DNA of 64,000 nt, from the NCBI RefSeq assembly GCF_963506605.1, contig NC_083277.1, positions 75,206,001 to 75,270,000 on the forward strand, read 5' to 3'. Below are positions 51,717 to 64,000 of this stretch, piece by piece. Under the pieces are notes generated by a model that did no database searches, was not told where the DNA came from, and was given only the letters and a program-made list of their open reading frames with translations. Position numbers and translations under genes: made by a program. The stretch's first letter is position 1. Every line of letters begins with the position of its first letter. The stretch comes from Zootoca vivipara (lineage: Eukaryota).

Positions 51717-51905
51717 CTGTTTTATCTTCTCCCTCTGTTCTGAGGCGCTTCCACTGGAGCTGATATGGAGGCTCTTCTTATACATGGCCATGCGGGTCTT
51801 CCCTTCGCTCCTCTGAATTTTGGGGAGACGGCCTTTCTCTTGCTGCTGCCGGATTTTCAGCTGCTCCATCATTCGCTGGTTATACCGTTGCATTTGCTCA
51901 CGCTC
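51717..51905 (-). CDS. STK10: STK10 coding exon (coiled-coil/PKK region)
   Basis: cag|[63 protein letters not shown]|gt; residues fit STK10 rather than SLK. Confidence 0.95.
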
Positions 51906-52319
51906 CTGGAATAGCAACGGCAGCCCAGGGTTGGGGTGCGGGGTGAGGAGAGGTGAGTCAGTACAATAAATGTTGCAAGTTTACAGTCAAAGCAAATGGT
52001 GACATTGGATATTTGACCAGGGTAATATTCAACAGACCACAAAGGGGACAGACAAGTTTAGTTTAAGGAAAACAAAACCACTTCTATGAAGATTCACCAT
52101 GGCTTACTCCAGGCGCCCAGTCAGATAAAAGCTAATGGAAATGCAACAGGCACTACTATGGCAAGAATACTTTGACATCAGTCCTATTGAAGCACACTTA
52201 CTCACTCACACAAACTAACCACCTGCATGGGAAAGAGGTTTTGTGCTGGCCTAGGTTGATGAGAGCTGTAGTCAAAAACATTTGGGGGCACCAGAATGGT
52301 GAAGGCTGGTGTAAAGTAA

Positions 52320-52615
52320 GTGGTAGAATCTTGTTCATTGGAGGTTTGTAAGCAGAGGTTGGATTGTCATCTGTCAGGGATTTTTCAGCTGCGATTCCTG
52401 CATTGCTGGGAATTGGTCCAGATCAGTGTTTCCCAACCTTGGGTCTTCAGCTGTTTTTGGACTACAACTCCCATCATTCCTAGCTAGCAAGACCAGTGGT
52501 CAGGGATTATGGGAACTGTAGTCAGAAAACAGCTGGAGACCCAAGATTGGGCAACACTGATCTAGATGATCCTTTGGGTTCTATCCAACTCTACAATTCT
52601 ATGAGTCTATGAATC
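52320..52615 (+). mobile_element. CR1 3' fragment interrupted by a hAT MITE (52424-52559)
   Basis: CR1 tail CCAACTCTACAATTCTATGAGTCTATGA; MITE TIR CAGTGTTTCCCAA/TTGGGCAACACTG with imperfect TSD GTCCAGAT/ATCTAGAT. Confidence 0.75.
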
Positions 52616-52917
52616 TATAAGCACAAAACTGTACTCCTATAACTGACCATAGTTATTCCCTCTCCGGGCTTACTATGTTTGACTGCACTGACTATGGTTA
52701 AATATATGCAGTACTCTCTTACTTGGGCTCTTACCATTACAGTTTCATGTCTTCACCATGTTGCAGCCACACACCCAATGCAAGCAAGCAAGCAACAGGG
52801 AGGCCATTTTCTGTAAATCTGCTGAGGTCAATTCTTTTACAGCAACTCCACACCTTGCTCATCCGTAGGAAGCATTAGAGTCATTAAAGAAAATAAAGCA
52901 GACTGAAACCCTGCTAC

Positions 52918-53042
52918 CTTCTCGTGTTTCCGGAGCAGTTCATGCCTCTGGAGGAAATACTGGTCTTTCAGCTGTTGCTTAATAAGCTGGTGTTTCTCCT
53001 GTAGGTGGTGCTCTTCCAGATCCCAGATTGTAGCTTCCCGAT
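52918..53042 (-). CDS. STK10: STK10 coding exon
   Basis: cag|(D)[41 protein letters not shown]|gt; 125 nt, phase 1/0. Confidence 0.95.
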
Positions 53043-54015
53043 CTGAGAAAAAGGTATAAAATGTCCTATGGCAGGCATAGCCAAACTTGGCCCTCCAGAT
53101 GTTTTGGGGCTACAACTCCCTAGCTCACAGGACCAGTGGTCAGGGATGATGGGAATTGTAGTTCCAAAACATCTGGAGGGACAAGTTTGCCTTGTCACAT
53201 GGGGGAGGCCAGCATTTGGTGTGTCCCCCCCCTCCTCAAAGCTGGGAAAGTGCTAGCCAGGTTTTGGGAAGGAGGTGGGAGGATTCCAAGACCCTGCCGG
53301 AGCCCTCACATCTCTTTCTCAAAGCCCAGCGCTTCGCTTACCTAGCTTTGGGAAGGCAACGTGAAGGCAGCACGAGGGCTGCCCAAAAAGGCATCGAGGG
53401 CAGCATGAGGCCCTTGTTGGACCACCCTGGACTAAATGAAGTCTGACCCCAGGCTCAGTTATTGTCCCTTTACGTCTTTTATACTCCTGCAACCGCTGGT
53501 GCTCCCAGGTCCATACTTAAGGGGTGAGATGATAAGAAGGGCAGGAATTTATTTGGGCAGAGGTGCAGAAGGCATGAAAGAAGGATGCGGAAGGGGCAGA
53601 AAGGCAGCTAGAGAATCCTTGCAGTTAAGAGAAAAGTGCTATACCCCCTTCCCCCCTTCCAAGGCTGTATTGTGTCTATAAGCTATTGGGGAAAACTGCA
53701 ACTTGAGACTGCTTGGCTACTCTTTCCAAATTACATTGCTCGTTAATATTACTACTATTGAACGCTTTGACAGGATGTGGCATGCTTTTTGCTATTGTCT
53801 TTGGCGCTATCTCACCTGTTCACTTATAGTTATGTCAATAACTCTCTTGAAGGAAACTCACCCCGCCTGGTGTCTTAGATGCTTTGAATCCCATTCCCAT
53901 CAGCCCTAGCATGCCTGACTAATGGGAGCTGTAGTCCATCAACATCTGGAGGGCACCAAGTTAAGAGAAATACCCTCCCCACTTTTTTGGGGGGGGGGAA
54001 GAGACACCCTCTCAC

Positions 54016-54145
54016 CTCTCATAAGCTGTTGTTTTTTGTTGAGGCACTCTCGCTCCTTGTCACAGATCTCCTTCCGATTTTGGGTGGTGATATTCTTCAT
54101 GGCCTGTTCCAGATCCTCAGCCTGTTTGGCTTCAAACTCTTGCTC
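54016..54145 (-). CDS. STK10: STK10 coding exon
   Basis: cag|[43 protein letters not shown]+G|gtgag; 130 nt, phase 0/1. Confidence 0.95.
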
Positions 54146-54335
54146 CTGGAAGAAAGGAGACAGTAGCAAAAGAGATGCTCTTATTGGTATGATGCCTAAA
54201 GCTTTTTTATGAGTGAGAGCAGGATGGGTGGTATGATTCTGCTGCCTTCCTCATCCTGATAACTGGGAGGCAGGGAATCAAATGTGTCCATATGGGTCTT
54301 GGCCTCACCATGGACTTAATATCTCTAGAGCTTAC

Positions 54336-54428
54336 CATGACTTGCTTTCTCTGTGCAAACTCCTCCATCTTTGTTTTCATGGTCCCCTTGCGCTGTTGTC
54401 GTGGAAGCTTCTCAATGTCACTCTTGAG
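54336..54428 (-). CDS. STK10: STK10 coding exon (93 nt, symmetric)
   Basis: aag|LKSDIEKLPRQQRKGTMKTKMEEFAQRKQVM|gtaag. Confidence 0.93.
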
Positions 54429-55122
54429 CTTGAAACGAAAGACACAAGCAAAAGTTCTTACTGGTCCAATTTCCTAATAAGTCTGAGCAAAAGTGATTTA
54501 TCACATTGGCTGTGTTGCCTGATGGCTGGGCTTTAAATCCACCAGCTTTATGCTGACATTATGCTATCACTTTGATCTGCTTTCATTTCACCCTCACCTA
54601 TTTTTCTGTTAGTGTTTCTTAAGTCTCTTGTTTCTGGGTGGTGGTGGTGGTGATTACTTTTACATTCTTGCCTGGCAGCATAATTACAGACAAGTGAATT
54701 TAGAAAAAAGGTAGGGAACCCTCAGGGCCCAGGGACAGAATGTGACCCTTTGGCTCTACCTGGCCCTCAGGAATCTCTAGGTCACGCCCTGGCTGCACCC
54801 CTACCCAGCTCCTCAAGTGCTTTTGCCTGGATGGAATGTGCCCCTGAGCTGTGACAATGGAGGATGGGCAGGTGTCTGTCTGTCTGTGTGCATTTGCATA
54901 GCTTGTTTTGCTGCTCCCTGTTCTCTCTCCTACCTTTCTTCAGCACCCCTAAATCTTGGCACTCTGCCCTCAGCTTCCCTTCCCTTGCACAGCTTGTCTG
55001 TGACATGAGAACACCTCAGCCAATGACAGCAGGAGGACTGAGAGGGCTTTCGGATAGGCCAGTGCCAACAACTAAACCTAAGATTTCCCTGTGCAAGATT
55101 TTGGCCCAGTATTGACTTTCAC

Positions 55123-55302
55123 CTCCTTCTTTTTTTGCTTCAGCTGCTCCTGAAATTTAACAAGATCTCGTTCCTGCTCAGCACGGATACGCTTGGACTC
55201 TTCACGGCGGCGCAGCGTGTGGTCCTGCTCCATCTTTTCAATTTGCTGCTTCTGCTGACGTTCCAGATTTTCCAGTTCGGTGTCATAGAATTTCTTCTTT
55301 GT
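55123..55302 (-). CDS. STK10: STK10 coding exon
   Basis: tag|[60 protein letters not shown]|gt; 180 nt. Confidence 0.95.
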
Positions 55303-56149
55303 CTATACGAGACCAAAGAGGACATTCAGACTTCCTTATACTTAGCTGAGAGTTTTGATTACGTTAGTATTTTTCATTATTTAGTTAATAAAGCAAAGTG
55401 CAAAGGCACAACTTAAAATGAATCCACCTTAAAACTTTTTTTGAACATATCCAAATCTTGTTGCATCTCTGAGCATTAGCAGTTCTAAATATTGAAGGCA
55501 CATTGCCTGGGGATACCGTAGTACATCCTTGGGAGTCTCTCTTCCCATACAAGCACCTCACACATCAACAGGGGGCTTTCCCAGACCTACCTGGAGATGT
55601 TGTAGATTGGACATTCTGCATGCAAAGCAAATCCTCTACCACTTGGCTACAGTCTTATTCCCTATATGGGGAGAGACCATGACAGGGCCCTTTCAGTAGT
55701 GGCCTCTGTCCTATGGAACTCATAAGCCTAGGGAAGCTTGCCTCACTATTCTGAAACCAGAATAAGAAACCAGAGTTTCTAAACTACTGGTCTACATCTT
55801 GTGGGTCGGGTCCCAATAGTGGTTCGTGACCTGACCCAAGGAGGGTTGCAACAGGAACACTGCCACCGTGAAAATATATGGGAAAAGATTAAGAAATGAG
55901 TCCCCAAATGCATCTTTGGGGGTTAAATGGTAGGTATGAAAAAGGCTGAAGATACCTGTTCTAAACAATAAGAAAAGGATTAAAAATATGTTTTATGAGG
56001 TGGTATTGCGATTTTTAAAAAAAATTAAGCTCATACCCTGAAGGTTTTGTGAATATTACAGTATTCGTAAAAAGGTTAATTTGTGAGAAATGTGAGTTGC
56101 TTTAATTGCTTCCATAGTTGATATTGTTTCTTTGCATGCCATGTTTTCA

Positions 56150-56182
<33 letters not shown>

Positions 56183-56347
56183 CTGTATATTCCGGCGTAT
56201 AAGACGACCCCTAACTTTTCCAGTTAAAATATAGAGTTTGGGATATACTCGCCGTATAAGAAATACGACCCGGCGTATAAGATGACCCCCGACTGTTGAG
56301 AAGGTTTTCCTGGTTTAAAAATAGTCTTATACGCAGGAATATACAGT
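56183..56347. mobile_element. Tc1/mariner-type MITE adjacent to a (CA)n tract
   Basis: TIR CTGTATATTCCGGCGTATAAGAC / GTCTTATACGCAGGAATATACAG. Confidence 0.8.
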
Positions 56348-57307
56348 ATATATTACTCTGTGTAAGCTACCTCTGACTATCAGAGTGACACAGAAATGGA
56401 AGAGAACAGTAAACAAGCTGCAGTAGTCTTCTAGTTCACACACACACACATATGGCAGGGAGCAGACTAGGAGCTTGAAGTGTGTGACAACATTCTCTCC
56501 TGCCACACACATGGATCACCTGAGCAGCACTGCCTTCTGACACATTTAGCAGCAGAGATGCCTGGAGGGCATGAGCTGGAGCACTGCAAGCAGATGAGAT
56601 GGCTGCATCTGCTTACAGGCTGTGGCTGAAGCAGAACAGGAAAGAATGCTCACCCGCCTTTTCCTCATGGGAAGGAGAAAATATCTGCCAGCAGCATGAC
56701 TGAAACCAGCGCACAGGATTTCGGCAGAGTTTTACAAGAATATCTGGGCTAAACCAACCCAGTGAGAGGAGAGGCTGGCTGAAGAAACACCCAATAATGG
56801 AACAGTCTGCATGTGCAAAGAACACTTCCCCACCCCACTTTCCATACTACAGTGCCTGTGTAGCTATTGCACCTCCTCCAAAACCATTCACACCTTCAGA
56901 AAGCCTTCTTCCCAAGAGAGATCTTAACTTACATAAGGGTGAGAAATGGAAACATTTTCCAAACATACTGAGGCTTAAGCACAGCAGAGGCCTAATGAAA
57001 ATGCATTGTGTGGGTCACACATTTAACTGCTGCAGACAGAGCTACTGACATACTGAGCTCCACTTTAAAGGAAGGCTGGGAAGGAACCAAGTCACCCCAC
57101 TTGTCACTCTAGCTCAGTATTGGCTACATTGACTAGCAGGGTCTCTCTGGGATTTGACAGGGGCCACTGTCTGACGTTCCCTTAAGTGGAGCACAGTGCA
57201 TGACATTGCTAGAGGCACCTTGTGTGTGGGATTTTGGCAGGGACCCAGCTCAGCCCTGTAAAACATTTACCTGTGGTTTCCTAAGGTCAGTCTCAGTCAA
57301 TCTACTG

Positions 57308-57444
57308 CAGGCATCCCCAAGCTTTGGCCCTGCAGATGTTTCGGACTACAATTCCCATCATCCCTGACCGCTAGTCCTGTTAGCTAGGGATCATGGGAGT
57401 TGGTAGGCCAAAACATCTGGAGGGCCGCAGGTTGGGGATGCCTG
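57308..57444. mobile_element. hAT (Charlie-like) MITE
   Basis: TIR CAGGCATCCCCAA/TTGGGGATGCCTG; perfect TSD ATCTACTG. Confidence 0.9.
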
Positions 57445-58282
57445 ATCTACTGGCACAGATCTTTGAAAGCCTAATAACCTTTTGCAACCCCCGTTGTACA
57501 CCCCTTGCCATTCTTTTAACTGTATGCTGTGGGGCTGGGAAGGGAAAGGAGGGAGGAGCTAGCTTTAGCAAGACTTAAAATATGGAACAAGCACACATGC
57601 TGCAGAAAACTGGGGACTCCAGCCCCCAAATATGTGCTCTCGCTTTTAAGCAGAAATGAAAATGTGGAATAACTTCATGAGAGAGTTCAGAAAATTGTTA
57701 GGCATATGAGGATATGGGGAGTGCCACAATAGCTGTGAATGTGTTGTGTTGCAGTTTCAGCAAATGTCTCGTTATTTTTGATTCCGCAAGATTTCCGTAA
57801 AATTTGAAGGCATACAGGAACAAGCTGAAACCGTTCCTCAATTAAAAATATGACATTGTCTCCTTATCCTGTCAGGTTTAACACACAGGAAGAAACACAC
57901 ACTTTGAAGCTTCCAGCCTATGCTAAGCTATTCTTTGCAGGAATGCCATAACGTGGCTTCAGAGATGTCACTTTTCTTCTTGGCCAGATTTAAAAACCAA
58001 CACTGACAGAAAGAAAAAGAACATCACATCAAGAAGTTCTGCTGAAAGGCTCCAGAGGGCTCCAGAATATGTAAAAGTACACATGTATTTATTGGGGGGA
58101 GGAATAGCCTGAAAAAAATGTCACAATTTTTATATATATATTTTTTAAAGAGGGGGGTGGAATATATTTGAAACTGAGAAAGATTCACATAGGGTTTTAA
58201 GGCCTCTTGTTTTGATTCCACAACATTTCTTTTTGACCCCCTCAAAAGCTGCGCCATTGCAGCAGACCTCTCCAGCATCCTC

Positions 58283-58397
58283 TTAAGCAGAGGCTTGACA
58301 GGCATATGTCAAGAATGCTTTGATGGTGTTTCCTGCTTGGCAGGGGGTTGGACTGGATGGCCCTTGTGGTCTCTTCCAACTCTATGATTCTATGATC
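58283..58397 (+). mobile_element. CR1 LINE 3' end
   Basis: GGGGTTGGACTGGATGGCCCTT...TTCCAACTCTATGATTCTATGAT tail. Confidence 0.8.
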
Positions 58398-58742
58398 CAA
58401 GGTGACCACCTTGTCAAACTGCCGCAAAGAAATGGTCTTGTGCCACAAGAGCAGCACCAGAGCACAGCTAATGCCAGACCGGATGGAAATGTCCACTTAC
58501 AATGGCCCTTCCCCTCGCCACATAGCCCCAGCAAATGGAGGGGAAAGCTAATGATTCCATCAACATGCCTCCAGTTTCATTCCTGGTGGCTAGCGTTCTG
58601 CCTAGTCTGGCTAACAGGCTATACAATATATGCCTCGTGAATAGCATGCTTCTCCTCTCCTCTCCGCTTCCCACCAGCATGTGGCCTGATATCTTTGAAT
58701 AAGAGAGAGGGAAGAGGAATTTGGCTTCTCTTTGCCGCGTAC

Positions 58743-58866
58743 GTGCATTTCCTGCTCAAAGCGCTTCAGCATTTGCTCCAACTGCAGGTGATGCTTGCTG
58801 GTCAGCTGGGTCTGGTTCCGGTGCTCCTCTTTCTGAAGCAGACGCAGCTCTCGCAGCTCCTGGCGC
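58743..58866 (-). CDS. STK10: STK10 coding exon
   Basis: cag|G+[41 protein letters not shown]|gtac; 124 nt, phase 2/0. Confidence 0.95.
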
Positions 58867-59429
58867 CTGTAGGATTAAAGTGGAGAAGAAGTTCAGGAAC
58901 GGAGGACCAGTTCTCCCTGTACTGCCAGGGCAGGCGGTCTCTGGAAGCTAAAAAAAGGGAGGGGGAGACAAGGAGCACAATCCATACTAAAATAACAAGA
59001 GTGGTGTCTGACTGAGTGTTCCTAGTGTCAGAAACGTTGCTTCAAGGAGTTGCTGCCTCCTTGTGTCATAGCTACACTTCTCACCACTTGTCCCTTTCAG
59101 GCAGGATATTGAGAAGGGGCTGCTTCCCTGTCCGCTGGCCTTGAATTATTCACCTTCCTTGTACTGACACTTTGAATAAATAGACGTACAATATGACCCC
59201 CCACTGAACTATGAGGAAGCATACCTCACTGAATGAAGCCCAGTGGGCTCAGACAAATGCTACAAGCTATAGTCGTGGGTCTCCCCTGATTCTTTTTAAA
59301 TCGAGGTTTAGAAAGTTGGTGTCACCTGTCAGATTTTGTTTAGGTTGTAGACCTATCAACAAGGTAAGGTTTTCGAAAAGTATGCTTTTGGAGCTCTGTG
59401 AAGAGAAGTACCTGAATTTGCTGTTAGAC

Positions 59430-59682
59430 CAGGGGTCCCCCAAACTAAGGCCCGGGGGCCGGATGCGGCCCAACTGCCTTCTAAATCTGGCCCGTGGATG
59501 GTCCATGAATCAGCATGTTTTTATATGAGTAGAATGTGTCCTTTTATTTAAAATGCATCTCTGGGTTATTTGTGGAGCATAGGAATTCATTCACATTTTT
59601 TTTTTCAAAATATAGTCCGGCCCCCCACAAGGTCTGAGGGACAGTGGACCAGCCCCCTGCTGAAAAAGTTTGCTGACCCCTG
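59430..59682. mobile_element. hAT non-autonomous element
   Basis: TIR CAGGGGTCCCCAAACT/AGTTTGCTGACCCCTG; perfect TSD TGTTAGAC. Confidence 0.9.
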
Positions 59683-59743
59683 TGTTAGACACTTATCAGA
59701 AACTGCTGTACTTCTACAGTGAAGTCCCTATTGATCCCCTAGT

Positions 59744-59916
59744 NNNNNNNNNNNNNNNNNNNNNNNNNNNNNNNNNNNNNNNNNNNNNNNNNNNNNNNNN
59801 NNNNNNNNNNNNNNNNNNNNNNNNNNNNNNNNNNNNNNNNNNNNNNNNNNNNNNNNNNNNNNNNNNNNNNNNNNNNNNNNNNNNNNNNNNNNNNNNNNNN
59901 NNNNNNNNNNNNNNNN
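59744..59916. other. Assembly gap (N run) within a STK10 intron
   Basis: Run of N. Confidence 1.
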
Positions 59917-60519
59917 AGTATTTATATTGATTTTATGCAAAAAAACAAACAAACCAAGACTAAGTTATGGGCTCTGGACCACAGACCAGAGCAGTTTAAA
60001 GGCTGTTCACTGTCTGGCACCAGGCTATATGGCAGTGCTACTGCCAGGTTTTTGGTCCACACCATCCTTGATGAGCACCTTGACTGCTCATGTCCACCAT
60101 TTGTCATGTCAGAGAGGAAACCTATGAATTTGAAGACAGTCATTTCACTAAGCAGGAGAACCACCAGAAGTGGCACTTAAAAGTAACAGAACAAAAACCG
60201 GTCGGGCTTTACAAACACTCCTAACAAGCTGCTATATACACCATATAGCAAAAACCTTGATTTGTGCACTCACAATAGGCTCTGGAAATGGCCATAACTC
60301 CCTGTTACTCATAAGGAAATAATGTTTTCACAGATCTGCCGCTTCCTGCCATATTTTTAATTGCTCAAAGTATATAGCTTGATGAATCCCTTGGTTCCAT
60401 ACCACTTCATACAACTCTATGGAGAAAGTGAAAAGCACAGAGAAAACTATATTCTGAGAAAGCCTGGTGTGTCCATATCTCCACCCCACCCAAAAAAATC
60501 TCCCTGATTTTCAGCTTGC

Positions 60520-60650
60520 CTGAGGAATCTCATCTCTTCATCTTTCTTCTCATCCTCACTGATGATTTTTGAGGTAGTGACGCTCACTTCTACTCCATCC
60601 ACAACAAATCTCCTGGTCCGTTTCAGTGTCATCTTCTGCATTTTTGCATC
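60520..60650 (-). CDS. STK10: STK10 coding exon with GC splice donor
   Basis: tag|[43 protein letters not shown]+AG|gcaagc; 131 nt, phase 0/2 joins the next exon to give RFLRRQEL. Confidence 0.93.
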
Positions 60651-61167
60651 CTATGTAATCAATCAAATGTTTATTATGGTGAACCAACCATTAAAGAAAA
60701 TTTTGTTTATATATATATATATATCAGTCTAACAAGAACAAAGGTGACTAAAGTTGGGAACTAACAATCACAGGGGGTCTAGGATATATTACAACATTCA
60801 GATTTATTACCACCTGCCCAATAATGGTTTTATCAGACTCTTCAAGGAAGATAACTCAGGAGAGACTTTAAAAAACAGCTATCTCATGTAGGGATAAATT
60901 TTGTGTCCTGACACCTTGATAGAATCAACCATTAAAACAAATAAACACACACACAGTTTCAAGCTCTACATGACTGCAAGGACAGCAACAATCTTTGAAG
61001 TGAAATTTAGCAAATCTGTGTAGGATCTTGGAGGGTTAAATGCTAACATGTGCTGACAAATGTGCTTTGCTGTATTTAGGTATCACATGCTATTAATTCA
61101 GCAAAAGAAACAGAGATAAAGAACAAAAAAGAAAAAATGTTGGATTGGGGAGATTAAGACATAATTT

Positions 61168-61541
61168 CAGGGCCATCTTAAGCATGCCCGGTGCCGTGGT
61201 GCGACAGACCCCTCCGGCACCTCCCCTCCCCGTTTCCCAGCGCGGCGGGCGGGTGCTGCCTGTAGTGCGGCTGCCGCAGGCGCAGCTGCACTGTGCCACC
61301 CAGCCTGCGGTAGGGGCAGCCCTGGGCCAGGGGGCGCTGCCCACCCCCTGTTGCGACGCCCCTGCATGCGGCGGAGGCGGCCCCAGGCCCGCACACCTCC
61401 GGAGAGCGGCCTGAAGCCGCTGAACAGTGGAGGCACGCCTGGGGCAGCCTCAGCCGCGCCTCTCAGTGGGCGCAGCGATGCCCCGGTGGACTGGCGCCCT
61501 GGCACCCCGCGCCGCCGGGGGCAGGCCTGGAGCTGGCCCTG
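61168..61541. mobile_element. GC-rich hAT non-autonomous element
   Basis: TIR CAGGGCCA/TGGCCCTG; perfect 8-bp TSD CATAATTT; CpG-rich, so probably young. Confidence 0.85.
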
Positions 61542-62363
61542 CATAATTTAATGCACACCTGACTATCCTACAGTTATTTTAAAGAAGAGCATCACTATTG
61601 TCAGGAGCAGTGGGTTGGTGTGAGAAGAGAACAGAAAGAAGCAAACATTTCTTCCAAAGAGACTCAAATTCTGAGAGGGAACCAAAAGTGCAAATCAGGC
61701 TTTCCACAAGTATGCTTCACTTGCATAATCAGAAATATTTACAGCATATTTAAATTTCTGCTAATCTGAAGTAATTTCAGGAATGAGTAGGGGGAGAGTA
61801 AAGTTCAGAAAAGAACAGTCTACTGCCAAGTAAGGATGAGATGTTGGCAAGGGACAGGCAAAATGTAGCAGTGGCTAATGGCTAGCCAGTTCTCTAAGCA
61901 TTCAAACAGAGCTTGAAAACACTCCTGAAATCATGAGTGCTAGAATGCCAACCTCCTCCCCACACCCTCCCAGAAGAAGTAGTAGTCAGGTTCTCACAAC
62001 ATCAGACATGCCTCTGGAGGCCAGAAGTTGTCATGGGCCTTGTGATGCCAGCTGGGATGGGGATGGCAGGATCTGTCAGAGAACTCTGGGATTGAAGGTG
62101 GGGAGAGTTCAGGCAGTGATGGGGAAGAAGGCTCCATTCCCAACACCACTGGACATCCCAGCAAGAGAGGAGGGGTTGATTGAGTTAGTACCTTTCTACA
62201 AATCAAGGAACAGTATTCACTAACACCCTCCCCCTTAAGTTGCAAAAGATGAATAAGGGAGGAAGTTCGTTGGAGAATGAGTTAAAGAGACATCTTGCTC
62301 AAAGTTTTGCTGAGTGAAGCCTGCATGATACACAAATCCCACTTGCTGAGCCCAAATTCTTAC

Positions 62364-62948
62364 CTTAAGAGAGAGGGACCCGCTGCCTCTGTTCAGGGAC
62401 AGGTCGGTAGACAAGGAGATATTGAGGTCCATGGTCTCTGAGGCACAGGTGCTACCTGAATCAGAGTCCTGCTTTGAGCTGCCATCCTCAAACTGAGAGG
62501 AAGAACTCAAACTCCCATTGGGGAGCTTTTCTTCTACCGGCGTCTCAAGGAGGCTGCTCTCTGACCGGCTATCCACATTTGAATCATCTTTGCTTACTGG
62601 TTCAGTGTCCTTATTGTTGTAGACAAGACTCCTGTTCTCTGCTGGCTTAACGTTCTTGTTGAGTTGCAGCAACTGGGGGCTGGTGTCTGGCTTTTCTTTG
62701 GCACTGGCTTCATCTGTGTAATCCTGAATTCCAGGCAAGTTTGTACTGCTGTTGTTTTTGCCTGGCTTTTCGTCGCTAGCCACTTCCTTTGAAACCTTGT
62801 TGCCCTGTCCATTTATAGCTTCAGTGACTTGCTGTAGAGGCAACTTGGGTCCATTGGCCACAAGTGACAAGCCGTTTTCTGGAGACTTCTCTTTTTGCAA
62901 ACTTAGCTGGCTTGCCACAGAAGAGTCCCTCTTATTAGCATCAAGGGG
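62364..62948 (-). CDS. STK10: STK10 large central (low-complexity linker) coding exon
   Basis: ttctttactcag|PLDANKRDSSVASQLS...SETMDLNISLSTDLSLNRGSGSLSLK|gtaag; 585 nt open, phase 0/0; the kinase exons lie beyond the window end. Confidence 0.9.
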
Positions 62949-64000
62949 CTGAGTAAAGAAAAGGGAAAGAGAAAGGTCATAAATTTTGACTTCGTTCTCA
63001 TTAAAAAACTTAACTGAGAAGTCAAATACAGAACATATGCATTGAGAAATGTACTTTTTTTGTTAAAAAGAAAAAAGAAACAAGACCAAAATGTCCTCTG
63101 CCTCCGAATATTTGTAGTGTAAAGAGACCATTGAAACCTTGAACTAGCAGATCTTGTGTCTTCTACTTTTTGTTTCATTTCAAATAATTGATTAAATATA
63201 TATATATATTCTATACTACCCTTCACCAGAGCAGAACTGATTTCAGAGCAGTTTACATAATTAAAAAGCTAGAAGATAAAAACACACGAATGAAACTGGC
63301 AGATAAAACAAGTACCATTAACAAGCTCGAAAAATTTGTCATGGCTGTGTTCTCTTAGGAAACTCTTTCCCACTGGATTCTCTGGGAGCTCTTTAAGCAA
63401 TGACTGAAGACTCTACTCTCCCCTTTACATCTTGGGGGTTGAGTGGAAGGAGGAGTGAAGAAGATCTGCCCGCAATTCCTGACACAGATGAGGACCCCCT
63501 CAGGGACAGCAATTGCGTTGCTCTTCCCACTTTCAAATGTAGTTCCAGAGTTGGGAGGGAGAAGGAAACACACAACCACTCGTCCTCAACGCCCCCACCT
63601 CCCTTGAGGAGCCAGGCTTGCATTTCCTAATTGCAGCTTCAGTCAGAGAGAAAGCACTCCTTAACATCTTTCCCAGGACTGGCAGCATGTGCTTGAGTTT
63701 AAGGGAACAATAGGTTGGGGTACAGGTGTAGGACACAGAGCAGTGACTCTGCTCCGACAACTAGAGCCTCCATGAGAAGAGTTTTTGGTTTGTTTTCATG
63801 AATGTTGGAAAAGCACCTCTCCTGGCGATTTCAACTACCCCCTTGAAATTTTGTCTATTTTCTGTCCAAGTCTTAGACAATCAAAGGAAGTCTGCAAAAA
63901 CTCCATTGTCAGGCTCCAGGGAATGGCGTTGTGCCTGAAGCAGTTTCATCATTTTCTCCACAGAGAAGTTCCATGTAGGATAAGGAACATGCCCCCTGCA

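Noticed and set aside
58867-58949. Alternative upstream acceptor adding 81 nt to a STK10 exon
   Set aside because: The extension contains an in-frame TGA and there is no evidence of use.
61093-61551. Intronic CpG island / GC-rich ORFs
   Set aside because: Fully explained by a hAT element with TIRs and a perfect 8-bp TSD.
48880-62948. Assignment to SLK and SH3PXD2A (the paralogous pair)
   Set aside because: Diagnostic residues ([31 protein letters not shown]-terminal FSSAEAS; [11 protein letters not shown]) fit STK10 and SH3PXD2B.
63355-64000. Short ORFs as additional STK10 exons
   Set aside because: No kinase-domain or STK10 similarity recognised and no convincing splice-site pair.

Overview
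Vertebrate genomic DNA from a squamate reptile, probably a lacertid lizard (Sauria SINEs, BovB/RTE, CR1, Penelope, Helitron, hAT and Tigger-type elements). Two genes lie in tandem on the minus strand. The first is the 3' half of STK10 (LOK): 11 coding exons at 62948-48880, reconstructed with consistent splice phases and one GC-AG intron. The second is the 5' end of SH3PXD2B (TKS4): CpG-island promoter, exon 1 CDS at 36074-36003 and exon 2 at 21160-21080; the rest of the gene lies beyond the window start. The most notable observation is a non-autonomous Helitron in SH3PXD2B intron 2, nested in a hAT element, that carries what looks like a captured 5'UTR and first coding exon of PPME1. Also notable are three Penelope-borne minimal hammerhead ribozyme motifs, a second Helitron made of a hairpin minisatellite, a strong CTCF motif inside a decayed Tigger, and a STK10-to-SH3PXD2B order that differs from the human arrangement as I recall it. 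Almost all ORFs in the supplied track are spurious. Homology calls rest on recalled protein sequences, not on database searches.
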